From: Bigelowiella natans CCMP2755
Lineage: Eukaryota; Protista; Cercozoa
NCBI GenBank assembly: GCA_000320545.1
Contig: ADNK01000255.1
Location: forward strand, 1 to 64,000
DNA: 64,000 nt
Reading direction: 5' to 3'
The position numbers and the translations under genes were made by a program. The notes under the pieces were generated by a model. The model was not told the DNA's origin. It was given only the letters and a program-made list of their open reading frames with translations, and did no database searches. Below, one piece after another: positions 1-11,398 of the stretch (the stretch's first letter is position 1; every line of letters begins with the position of its first letter).

Positions 1-453
1 CATTAAAAAATCCACGGATCCCATGTAACCCAACTTCGCCCTCGCCCCCGAATCTCGGTTAGGTAAAAAAGAGACCGACACCACACACGATATACTGTGC
101 CCCCCCCGAGTTCGCCCCCCCCCCCCCCCCCATTACGCTGTTTCTATTTTCTCTACAATGTCAACAACATCATCTCTAGCACCTCAATCTCGGCGATTTT
201 GTCGAAGAGACTTGCATAAACAGTGAAAAAGGAGCGCTTGCCTTTACCGAACCCCTTAAAGCACGAGCTGCTAAGGTACTCGTCCACATCCAATTCCTCG
301 AACGCATCGTATCCCTTGCCCATCATCCCCTCCTCTGCATTGATGGATCGAGAAGCAACGGCGGCGACGAATAAAGTCATATTTCTGATGGAACTTCCCT
401 ACAACTCAAACCCCCCTCTCATTTTCACCTTTTGCTTTTGAAATTATCATATT

Positions 454-490
<37 letters not shown>

Positions 491-1117
491 CTATGCGTGC
501 GTGGTCGTCCCACCTGTCGCGCCTTGAGCATCTTTTCCAGCGAGGAAGGATGCCCTATGACTGTCGTACCAGGAGCGCTCCTGTTGCCCACGTGTTTGAG
601 TAGAGTTTGTGTGTTATTATACAGGTAGTAGTGGGGGGGGGGGGGATCTTGCACCTGGGGGTCACTCAGGATATCGTATGCAGCCTGGATCTCTTTGAAC
701 CTATACAGTTCAATAAGTAGGCTGTAAGAAAAATGCTACGCACATTGATTCTACATCGTATCTGTAGAATTCTTTAGGTATTGGGGAAGAGACGACTCAC
801 TTTTCCTCTGCTTCGTCTGCATTGTCAATGTTTTTGTCCGGATGCCATCGCAGCGCCATCTACGCAATATCACCAAAGCTAAGATTACAGCTTGATGCAC
901 ATGAGAAGACGGGGCAATGTGCAAATGTTTCCGTTCGATAAAAGCCGTGTTTAGCAAGTAGTAGGTGCCTTGCGGTATCCTTTCTTGATCTCTGTCTCGC
1001 TGGCCGATCGTTCGATCCCCAAAACCTAAGTTAGAGAGAAGGACCCTTAGAGACGTGGTAGACTCAAAATCAGCCACGAACCTCGTAGAGGCATCGGCGT
1101 GGCCCCTTGGCCTCCAT
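1..1117 (-). CDS. DNAJC21: DnaJ co-chaperone, DNAJC21/Jjj1 family (5' part; continues past the window start)
   Basis: Exons 1117-1082, 1026-969, 859-801, 700-655, 580-514 and 334-183 splice to [79 protein letters not shown]...YLSSSCFKGF...FFTVYASLFDKIAEIE. This has the J-domain HPD motif plus the DPQERxWYDxHR and post-J segments typical of DNAJC21/Jjj1. Confidence 0.9.
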
Positions 1118-1695
1118 GTTGGAGAGAGATGTCCTTTGGAATTTTCCTCCCTCCCTCCAGACAGACAGACAGAACTAGGAAATAATGCCGATAAAGAATG
1201 TTCTTGCTGGGATTGTGGTAGTAGTCAAAGCTGTCATCATGTAGTAAGTACCGGCTGAGGAGGAGAACGGAGACCCTCCAGAGACTTCGAACCAGCTTCT
1301 TATCTGCTTATTGCTTATTGTAGGACTGCTGTCGCACCTGCGGGAACCCAGTCGAATCACAGGCTGCTGCATGGAGTTTCTTTCTTTCCCATGGTACGAG
1401 TAGAAATGATTGATGGATTGATTGATTCGTAGCCTAAAAAAAAAGCGAAAGTGAAGCAAAAGAAGGAGATGGTGATGATGCCTCAAATATACGATAATTT
1501 CCTTCGATTTCCATGCCAGAACAGCAACAAAATATCTTCAGAACGAAAAGTTCGACCGTCCTTGGAGGAGCGTTGATCTGGATCATATTTTATCGAATAA
1601 ACTTCGTGAAGTGGAGAGGAGCGGCTCCCACAATATAACTGTGGCGGCAACTCCCCAACTCACCACGAGGAGGAGCACGTACGCCTTCGGAAGCA

Positions 1696-2440
1696 ATGTC
1701 GTCCGTGCGAGTGAGTAACAACGTTCAAATCTATTCCAAAGCCTTATTTCGTTAATCATGGCATTGTCCCCCACTTGTTTAGGCAGCATCCAAGTTCTAC
1801 CTTCCCCTCGCGTTCGCGTCCGGGTTTGGAACTGCTATGATCTTTCGTCGAGCGCTCGGATGGTCACCACACTCACTAAGAAAATAATAGCATACAATGC
1901 TGCAACTGCAAGCTGCCTCTACTTGTATTGCAATCTTTTAGTGGTTATATTGCGCAAAAGGAGCCTGTATGTGGTGGAGAAGGCTCTACCCTCAAAGACG
2001 GATGCTATCATGTCTCAGGCTATCCAAAGGGGGGAAGCTTCGTCTGCACCTGTACGATCACTGCCCGTTCTGCGTTCGCGTCGAGCTCGTTTTAGGTTAT
2101 TATATTCGCCGCCAGGTATCTTCCATTTCGTAAAATTTGCTCTTATTGCCGTGACAGGTCGTTTTAAAATCCCTTACGAGCGAGTAGTCTATGGATACGG
2201 CGATAAAAAAGGTGGTGGAAGAAGACGCAGGCAGAAAGAGAGAAATGATTATGATTGCGATCGTGATGATGATGGTGGTGGTAACGGTGATATTTATGAT
2301 GATGATGATGATGATCGATAAAAAAGGACCTGTGGCGCTGACAGGGAAAAAAGTGCTCCCGGTACGACGCGGCTGAAGAATAACCCGCAGACTTTATTTG
2401 TTTTATGACGACTGCAATGTGATTCCATGTGCACAAAACC

Positions 2441-2514
<74 letters not shown>

Positions 2515-3605
2515 ACTGTAGCTGAGGAAAGCAGTTATGTTGTCCCTTACCCATCTCTTATGAAAGGTGCTAGAGGGCCCCTCTGTCCCTACTGGGAAGG
2601 GAATGAAAGGTGATGATGCCTAAAAGAAAAGGCTCTAGAAGTGCGATTAGAACTTAATCTTTAGTGTCCGACGTGACATTTTATCATCATCATACATACA
2701 TACATATCACGGTTACCATCACCACCATCATCATGATCGCAATAATAATCACTTCTTTCTTTCTGCCTGCGTCTTCTTCCACCATCTTAACAGGCATGCC
2801 GGAGTCCCTGGATATAATTGCCTATCTTACCAGTACCTACGATCTATCTCTGCCATGTGATACAGGACGTAGAGATGTCAGGCAGTGGAAGGAGAAGTTT
2901 GATAAGGTCTTTCAATCCCACACCAACATCTTAAGGAGGAGGAGGAGGAGAAGAAGAAGAAGAAGAAGAAGAAGAAGAAGAAGAAGAAGAAACAAAAGCA
3001 TTGCTCGATCAATGTGATTTTTCCAGACTCGTTATCTCATTTGCCACAACATACCGCCATATTATTAACTGCTGCCATCTTGAGCTTCGTATCGTCTTCT
3101 TCCCACCTCACCTAAAGGTCCGACGACCCTTGCAGCGGCCGCGTCTGCTCCAGATGCCTGTAAAGGTAGTAAGTAAGCAACAAATGTACTGAATGGGGGG
3201 GGGGAACGGGTGTGACAAGTGATGATGAGGGTGAACGACTCCTTCGTATCCCCCGTGATGTAGCCATATACACATGGCAAGAAAATAGTGAAACTTATGA
3301 CTCATCGTCCACAGCCCCATCCAGCTACTTTGCCGCCCAAAGCATTGATTCCCCTGCTCCATTGCTGCCACCGCCCTCGCACTACTGACCAACACCTACC
3401 CTCTGCGACTTAAAAAAAAAAACAAACTTTAGGACTGGGCAACACCGGAAGATAAAAAATACGCACGACAAAAGTACAGCAAGGACGATCCTGAGTACTA
3501 TGAGAAGGCCTTGAAGGCGACACCAGAGCTTCTTTCTGAGGCCTCCCAGCTATTAAAGGACTTGCAGGAACTTATGCAAGGAGGTGATAGTAACAGCAAC
3601 ACTGC

Positions 3606-3677
<72 letters not shown>

Positions 3678-4107
3678 TAGAGAGAGAGAGAGAGAGCAGA
3701 CAGCAACGATGGGATCCTAGAGCACTAGATAGTAGTAGTAGTGGTAGGAGGAGGAGGAGGAAGAAGAAGAGGGTTAGGATGAATCGAAGTGACAATACTG
3801 ATCACCGCACAGCGCCCAAATATGTATATAACATATCGTGCATCCGTCATCAGAAAATTCACTAAATGCGTGGGGCTTCGGTATGGACGACGTAAAGATT
3901 CTCCCAGACCTACGCAACATGACGTGTAAGAATTTAAGTGCATAGCTCACACCTACCTACCTGCTAGTTTGTTGTGCGTTCCTCGTCTTATTCTTCTTGT
4001 TTCACTTCTCAGGTGTGCAAGGCATCGAGTGGCCTGAGAAGATATGGGAATATGTAAGCAAGAATTGTGAAGCTGCCGGCGTCACACTTTATGAAGGCGT
4101 GCCGTGA
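1696..4107 (+). CDS. grxB: Glutaredoxin 2 (GrxB family, GST fold) with a short N-terminal extension; about 11 exons
   Basis: Splices to ...LRLHLYDHCPFCVRVELVLG|RFKIPYERVVYGYGDKKG|PVALTGKKVLP|VLEG...GMPESLDIIAYL...RPRLLQMPVK|DWATPEDKKY...MDDVKILPDLRNMT|CVQGIEWPEKIWEY...EGVP*. It matches GrxB motifs YDHCPYC, KQVP, MPESMDI, DDIQLFPLLRNLT and GINWP. The start at 1696 is the best guess. Confidence 0.88.
2213..2784. repeat. Inverted repeat, arms about 2213-2323 and 2679-2784, both intronic in grxB
   Basis: tggtggaagaagacgcaggcagaaaga...tgattgcgatcgtgatg...ggtaacggtgatat is the reverse complement of the 2679-2784 stretch. The first 27 nt are identical, with about 8 mismatches over about 86 nt. Confidence 0.9.
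3609..3696. repeat. Compound palindromic microsatellite (CT)16-(AT)17-taat-(AG)9
   Basis: Read directly from the sequence; the arrangement is self-complementary and lies inside a grxB intron. Confidence 0.9.
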
Positions 4108-4645
4108 TGATTAACTGACAGCATCTTTGTCGTGCACCGACTTCACAAGCAAACGAATAAACTTCTTATATGCTAGTGTGTATGATAGCTGGAACAAAAA
4201 ACGAAGCCGTCGCGGACCCAGCTAACATGCACATTGATTAACGATTTGACTATATGTGCGCATGCAATGGAGCAAATATTATCAATATTAGAAAAAGTGA
4301 GCGCGTATATCGTGCATGTGTGTTTTCTGATGCATCCAAATTTTATGCAGCCATCAGCGGTGGTCATGCAGATGCTGTGTACAAAGTGCACAATTAATGT
4401 TCCCAGCCTTGATGTTAATTGTGCTTCACACATGATGCATGCATCCTGTATCGTAACGTCTGGCATAGCATCATCGTGGGCACAGTGCCATTTTTGCATT
4501 CGGTGTTATAGCACGCATATCGGCAGGGGTGCACTAATGCACATGACGGCAAATTTTACATGATGAGCCATGAGATTTTTATCAAATCAGTCATTTGTAC
4601 ATGCGTAGTGTTGCAGCCAAGCAAAAGTGAACTGTAACGATACTT

Positions 4646-6075
4646 CTAACTGCGACTACTTTTCTTCTCATCCTTATCTCGATTACTTCCCATAGCCCCC
4701 ATGAATCCGCCATTGTCGTAGTTATTGCTGTACTGCATGCTCCCAGCTTTACCACTGTCACCACTAGCTCCTGCACCCACTGCGGTTAGAAACTTCCGTT
4801 TTTCGAGATCATACCTAGTCAAGGACATACACTCGACGCTGAGGGTGACGAAGATGATACTAATGTGAAAAGGTTATAATTATAGAGAAGCAGCCACTTC
4901 TAGCTCCCCCTCCCCCCTTGACCGACTTGTTCGTTATAAAACACACCGTGCTGTTAGAATCGTGTCGTCGCCTCGAGCGATGATGTAGATGTCACGCGTT
5001 GTTGAAGGGGATGATGAGGATGTGCATGGTAGGAGCAGAATCGATACAGGGCAGTTCAACTCCTTCTGTGGGCAAAGGGAGGGGGTTGGGTCGAGGAGTA
5101 GTAAGTTGTACTGGCAGCGACAGCTATCATATGTATTGTTGTGTTGTGCTGGTGCTGTACTGCCTGGTTGCCGGAGCCGAGGAGCGTTGACACGGTAGAA
5201 GTCTTCAGGTCAATTTGTCGGACGCTGTGAGAGAAACCGATGATGATCGTTTTGAGGATAACGGTTCTAAAGATTGACTGGGAAAAGAAAAACTTCGATA
5301 CGTATCGATAGAGGAGGAGGAAGAGAAGTTCGGATGTCTATGGTTGAAATGCTGCCATGCATCATTTGAACTCTATGACAAAGAAGTTGATAGTGAGTGC
5401 AACTAGAGGAAAAAGAAGAAAAAGAAGAAGATGATGATGAAGAAGAAGAAGGAGAAGAAGACCGGTGATTTGCGAGATCGGCGACCAGCAGCTCGTTCGC
5501 ATCCTCGCTATGAGTGGGGATGTAGGAAGAATGAGAAGAAGAAAAGGAGGACAAAGATGGAGAATTAGAAGAAGAATACAGAGAAATTGCAGCATAAAAT
5601 TGTGCAGCGCAAGCAACGGATACAAAGATCAACTGTTGGTTGTGGTCAAGCATTTAGAAAGATTCACAAGTGCCCCCCCCAAAGGGTGAGCAATCGTGGT
5701 GATTGGACGATGATTTCTTCTTCGTCTTCTTCTTCTTCTTCTTTGCCTCACTCGAGCCATTGGGTTGAGTAGGGGTTGTTGAATAAAGCCTTTGATCCAG
5801 CACCGTCCTTGAATCCTGAGATACAGGGAAGCGTGTGTGCGTTTGTGCGCCCCTTGCATTATGCAATGATTTTGCTATGATACACGAGAAGGGAAGTGGT
5901 TGCAGAAATCAAGCAAAACCTTCAAACAACACCTGATTTTTGAGGCACGCCTGCTAGCGTCTCGACCCACGTCTTCTGCTCTCTTCCGAGATCATGTATC
6001 CGCCGAATACACTGGCGTCGTCAACAAAATCAGGAAGGAGAAACAAAGAACCATCATCAACCAACGACAACAATA

Positions 6076-6122
<47 letters not shown>

Positions 6123-6615
6123 ATGTATATATGTGAAAATTGCTGTGCGCTCATCTCTGATTCGTTTGGTATAGTGAATGATCTAGACGTTTCTTTGCCG
6201 TTGCATCTCGTCGATGGTGTTCCTCATCGTTACCTGGTTGCCGTGATCGGTTACGATGAGGGAGTCTTCGTCCGCGGATAGAAGGATGTGCGTGGGTCGC
6301 TGGAAGAGTGCCTCGGAGGCTGACAAGCGGTGTGTTAGCGGTAGATGGCAGTAGTAGTGGTAGTACCAGTAAGGAGTAGTATTGTCAAGTAAGAAAATCT
6401 TCGGATACTTCATTCTTATCGTTGCTGGTGGTACTGCTGCTGCTGCTGCTGCTGATGATGATGATAATGATGATGATGATGATACCTTTGCCATCCTTGT
6501 GACCACAGTCTCCTTGATAGGACTTGCTGGACCCTGCAATGGTACTCACCTTCGTAAACACACATTACAGCAGCAACAACAACAACAATTCTAAGCAGCA
6601 GCAGCAGTAGTAGGA

Positions 6616-6651
<36 letters not shown>

Positions 6652-6788
6652 GAAGAAGAAGGTGATGATGATGAAGAAGATGAAGATGATTAACAAGAAG
6701 GAAATGGAGAGGAAGTAAAGATAGGATTGGTAGCTCACACATCGTTTTGATATACACTTACAACTTGTTCTTCTACTACTTCTAGTAT

Positions 6789-6823
<35 letters not shown>

Positions 6824-7089
6824 TATCTACTTTAGAACCGACGATCTTGACGATTCGGTGGTTATCAGTGTCGGTTGCGTAGTATATGGTAGCGCTAATG
6901 ATGATGATGATGATAATGTCAAAGATGGCTACAAAAATGGAAGAATTGCTATCACTATTATGTAGGTGAAGGAGAAAGGTGTAAGGTAGGACAGAATAAT
7001 TTGACACATCACTTACCCGCTAGAGTCTTTCTTCTTACACGTTACTATGCAGTAGCTGAGTCACCGGTATTAGTATAGTGTTTTAGCTA

Positions 7090-7123
<34 letters not shown>

Positions 7124-8871
7124 CATTATTATGTAGTAATGGTAGTAGTAGTAGTAGTAATAGTAGTAGTAGTAGTAGTAGGAGTGTGGTATTTGTTAGG
7201 GTAGTTGGTGTCGTCGTCGTCGTGGTCGTTTTCCACAGAATCAGCAAACGAGGGAGATGGGAAGCGAAATGATATTAAAGTGTTTGATTCACATTCAAAT
7301 AGCAAACACGGCATCATATTTGTTGTCCCCATAAACTCTATTTTATCTTCTTCTCTTCTTTTCACTTTGCTTCTTACGGGTAGCGGAATTGAGCATCAAC
7401 GCCCTAAAGGCAGGAACAACGCAATTTAGATTTAGAGTGCTTGTGTGCACGCACGTGTGTGTATGTGTGTGTGTGTGTGTGTTTGTGTGTTGTTCTCCCT
7501 TTTGAAAAAGGAAACAGTGATTGGTAGCTCTCTCAAAAGATTCTCTAGAACGCAAATATAAGCCTAGTTCCTTTCCTTCTCTCCACCCCCCCTTTCGATC
7601 CTTCACGCTTATGCACACGCTCGCACCCTTTTCCCATTTGCACAGCCCTCCTCCGAGCCTGCGAGGATCTCGGCCTGTGTCAATGCAGCGGGGTTCAGCC
7701 ATGGAGAAACATCGGTAGTAGGCTATATCGTTCTTTGTACATCATGGCTTTGGTAGGGTGGTGTTGTGCAAGCCCATGTTCACAGTTAACATCCCAGCCA
7801 CCTCAACTATTATCAAGTGCCTCACCTCATATGATGCTCCCTCGGATACCTTTTTGGCTCGAATCAACCTGAAAGGTGACATAGCCAGTAATGATCATAA
7901 TCATCATTCGTTACCGCACGCCGCCATCTCCCTGGCTCTCTCGATGGTGTAAATGTATCTAAGAGCAGATTCACAGTCCCTAGCATGCATGCTAGAAGTC
8001 TCTCTTATTACACCTGTGATTATCAGTGTCCGGGATGAGAATATCTCCCGTACTGGGATCGATGGATACCCCATGCGGCCGACAGAGCTTGGAGGGAGGG
8101 GGAGGCCCATAGCTCTTCTTCAATGAATGGCCATTGGCGATCGAAAACCCAATTTTAGCAACATAAAGTACGACGACAACAAGGTTCGTGTTGTCAGCAG
8201 AGGTGTAAAACCTTCTTGGAAATGAACCTCTTCATCACCATCATCATCATCATCATTATTATCTCTCCTTATTGTAATTATCTGAGCATTTCTTTCTCAC
8301 TATGAATACTACGCCGCCACTATATAAGGTGCTCAATGCTCCAGGATTACTCTCTGCTGCTCTTTCTCGTCCATCTTGCCGAACGCAGTAGAAACAACCC
8401 CATTCGCGAGTGATATCTGCACCACAACGTGACGACCCCAAAATTGCAAATCATGCCGTCAAAAGAGAACGCTAACCACAAAAATGCTTTTTGTGTGAAA
8501 AGATAGTTGGATGCTTCAGTCTATCAGCATCAGCCACCTCTCGTATCCGGTGGTTCTTATCGTCGGCCACAAATATTGACTGGCCATCAGGGCTGAGGAG
8601 GAAAAGTTCAGAGTTTATAACTCGAAGAGCGCGCGCACACATCACACGCCAGAGACGAGAGCGGGGAAACAACCTGATAGCGAGTCCAAATGGAGCGTTG
8701 AAGCTTGCCGAAAGTCGGTCCCCATCCTTGGACCTCGACTCCACATTGTCTACTTGTTGGTCCCAGCATATACACGACAACAAAATCTCTTATCCTTTGC
8801 ATTTGACGGGATATGGGAAGAGGGGGGGACGCACCGGCACCCGCGAAGACTGTGAGCTGGTTCTCCATCAT
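4646..8871 (-). CDS. NHL-repeat beta-propeller protein, many introns
   Basis: Exon fragments: LTVFAGAG; DGDRLSASFNAPFGLAI|SPDGQSIFVADDKNHRIRE; KLCRPHGVSIDPSTGDILIPDTDNHR; EILAGSEEGCANG..DAQFRYP; YYATDTDNHRIVKI; LFQRPTHILLSADEDSLIVTDHGNQ; ELLVADLANH; VRQIDLKTSTVSTLLGSG. These repeat the NHL consensus F..P.G....lyvaDt.NHRI. Start and some junctions are unresolved. Confidence 0.85.
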
Positions 8872-9120
8872 GTGATCGTCTTTTTCTTCTCTCCTGATTC
8901 GATGGATTATTGGAGATCCTATGTAGAACATTATTCCCCCTTCGTTTTAGCACTGCGACAATAACATGCCAGTGCAATTACCGGTACTAGATTATTAGTA
9001 AAATTAGTTGTAGCAGAAAACTTGAAGCACCGGACGAGCATCTCACTTGTTCCAGCGTTCGTGTGAGGTTGTTGCCTAGTTGCGCGTGGCGTTGCTTGGA
9101 ATTCAAACATCCAAGTAGCT

Positions 9121-9990
9121 GCGGTCAGGTTGGCAGTTTGTTGAGAATGTGAATTCCAATCACGTTGATTTGGTCAAATGTTTGATCACATGCATGCAGC
9201 ACGAGACCTCAAGGTCTGTCTGTCAGGTGCAGTCTTGCACCCGCAGGCCTCACTGGCCTGGCATTCACACTTCGAGCCTGCATCGCGACACATCGGGCAT
9301 CTCAGGGTGTGACAACCCCTTCTAGCCTTCCCTTGTCGCTGGTGACTTGTGGCTTTGCTAGTTTGCACCTTGCACACCGTGACGTGTGCAACAGGAACTT
9401 CTGCAACGCATCGATGCGATCGTCGATCTGCAACAGATCAACAAGCACAGCAAGACACCTGTACATGCGCGCATGCACGTTGCACGTGCCCGCGCAAATG
9501 ACAATGAGCTGTCAGCATCGCTAGATCGGCCGGCTCCAGAGCTGACTGCGCATTGGCATTCTCGTCTGGTGGTCACCGCGTGCGTCACATTCTGGCATTG
9601 GGCCAGTGACGTACATGCATGGTTGATGGGGCTGCCTAGCTGCGCGCATCACGTTGATGAGAACAAATCTAGAAATGTGCACACCAGCACAGCTAGAAAG
9701 CCGCAACACTCTAGCACTAGGAAGTGCAAATGTGTCTGTGATCACGTGCATTGATGATGTCGCACTGTTCATTCTAGCATTGCACAGCCCATCATGTTCT
9801 GGTGTCACGTTGTTCGATTGCGCGTTCGATCGTGTCACATGCATGCAACATCATTTCATGTAATGCATCTTGCGTCATTGGGCGCGCACGTGCTGCTCAA
9901 TTTGTGCCATGGCGCTAGCTAGCTGGCTAGCTCGATCATGCAAGCAAAGAAGGGTTTCCATTGCCACCGATTGAAATTGCATTTTGTTTG
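9121..9990. other. TpA-depleted, CTAG/TGCA/CATG-rich block; possible hypermutated gene remnant
   Basis: Manual count finds 15 TA dinucleotides in 870 nt, 12 of them within CTAG. The overlapping 122-aa ORF 9386-9754 has 0 Tyr and 13 His. Confidence 0.7.
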
Positions 9991-10133
9991 CCTACTCAGT
10001 GAACTAAGTATGTGTCTTTTCATTCATCATCAGTGTGCATGGACCTACATTCTTTGACCTATTGATGTGCACGCGAATTTCGGAGAGTGCGGCTCTGGGG
10101 GCACACTAAAAAAATAGTTTTTTTCTAAGAAAA

Positions 10134-11207
10134 TTAATGTGCCCGTTTAGATACCGCTGTTGTTGAAGATGTCTTATTTTTGTCATTGTCATCATTTTTC
10201 GTCGCATGTTTTTCATTGTTGCATTCCTTCTCAGTGGTCGTTGCCTTTGCACTCATCTCCTTCATTGTTTGTGCTAAGTCTTCTTCGTCAATCCCTAAGT
10301 CTCCAGTACACATTTGGAATATCGCATCCTGATCACGATGTTATGTTAAAGCAAACGAAACAAGAAAGACAAGATAGAAGCGAGTAGGCACAACCTCAGT
10401 ATGCGCCATGCTTGCGAACAGCTTCTGCAATTCCCTGGTCTGATTAGCAACACTCCCACCTTTCTCCTCCTCTCCCTCTATCGATAGTTTCTCGAGAGCT
10501 TTAATCTGACATGGAGTTTATATGGTGATTTAGCGTGTAGCGAAGTGAAATCGAAGCTGTAGCTCCTCCACACCTCTTTCTCCATCTCATCGAATAATTC
10601 TTCGCTACGCTTCTTTTTGTCAATCCCTTCCCCGTCGGCATTGGATTGCACTCGGGTGCCCCTTTCGCCATCTACCTCGGGTGAGTTCTCCTGTGAGTAA
10701 AATTGGTGCAACACCAGGGGGCGAGGAAGAGAATCGAAAAGATCATATCTCTATCTGACTCAATCTATATCATGACTTGTTGATTATACGCGTCCCAATA
10801 TTCTCTGCCTTCTCCCTAAACATTGACTATCTACGATGGCGTTCACCATCGTTTGGTCCAATCCTCGCCCTCAGTTTCCTTTGGAGAATGGACCACCGGA
10901 CTCTTGATGCTGGCGACAACGTAAATTTATTGTCGTACTATCTCATAAGTCGAACAAAGTTACCGGTAAAGTTTGTATTTTTTGAAGATGCTGTGACAAT
11001 CGGACTTATCGTAGTTCCGAAAACATCGGGACTTTTGTGATTCTGAGAAACAGCCTGCGAAGGAAGTTCAGACATCGCAAAGAGGGCAGATCGAGGATGA
11101 GGGGGGCATGTGTTTTTTCTGATTTTTCTGATTATTCTCTTGTGTCTGCAAGTGTTTTCACGTAGTTCTAGGTGAACGACGAGAAAGCTTGCAAATAGAA
11201 TAGGCAC
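10134..11207 (-). CDS. Hypothetical protein; 3' exons clear, 5' part unresolved
   Basis: Three exons join in frame through GT-AG: ...KKRSEELFDEMEKE|TRELQKLFASMAHTE|DAIFQMCTGDLGIDEEDLAQTMKEM...SKRAH*. Upstream exons (10.85-11.2 kb) are probable but I could not phase them. Confidence 0.5.
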
Positions 11208-11398
11208 AAATGTCCTACGATTCGATCAAGCGACATCGATGCTATAACTGACTTGATGACAAGAAACGGCAAGATGGGTTTCCATGATCGTGGTGAACTT
11301 CATTCATCATGACAGCTAAAGCGTAATAAGACGGAACTGCGAGTGGTAGGCAGAAGAGGTGGAGACATGAGTTAGAGTACGGGCACGTGGGTTAGAAT

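Noticed and set aside
1175-1789. Upstream coding extension of DNAJC21 (ORFs 1175-1486 and 1583-1789)
   Set aside because: Apparent splice junctions do not keep frame with the J-domain ATG; more likely 5' UTR or promoter.
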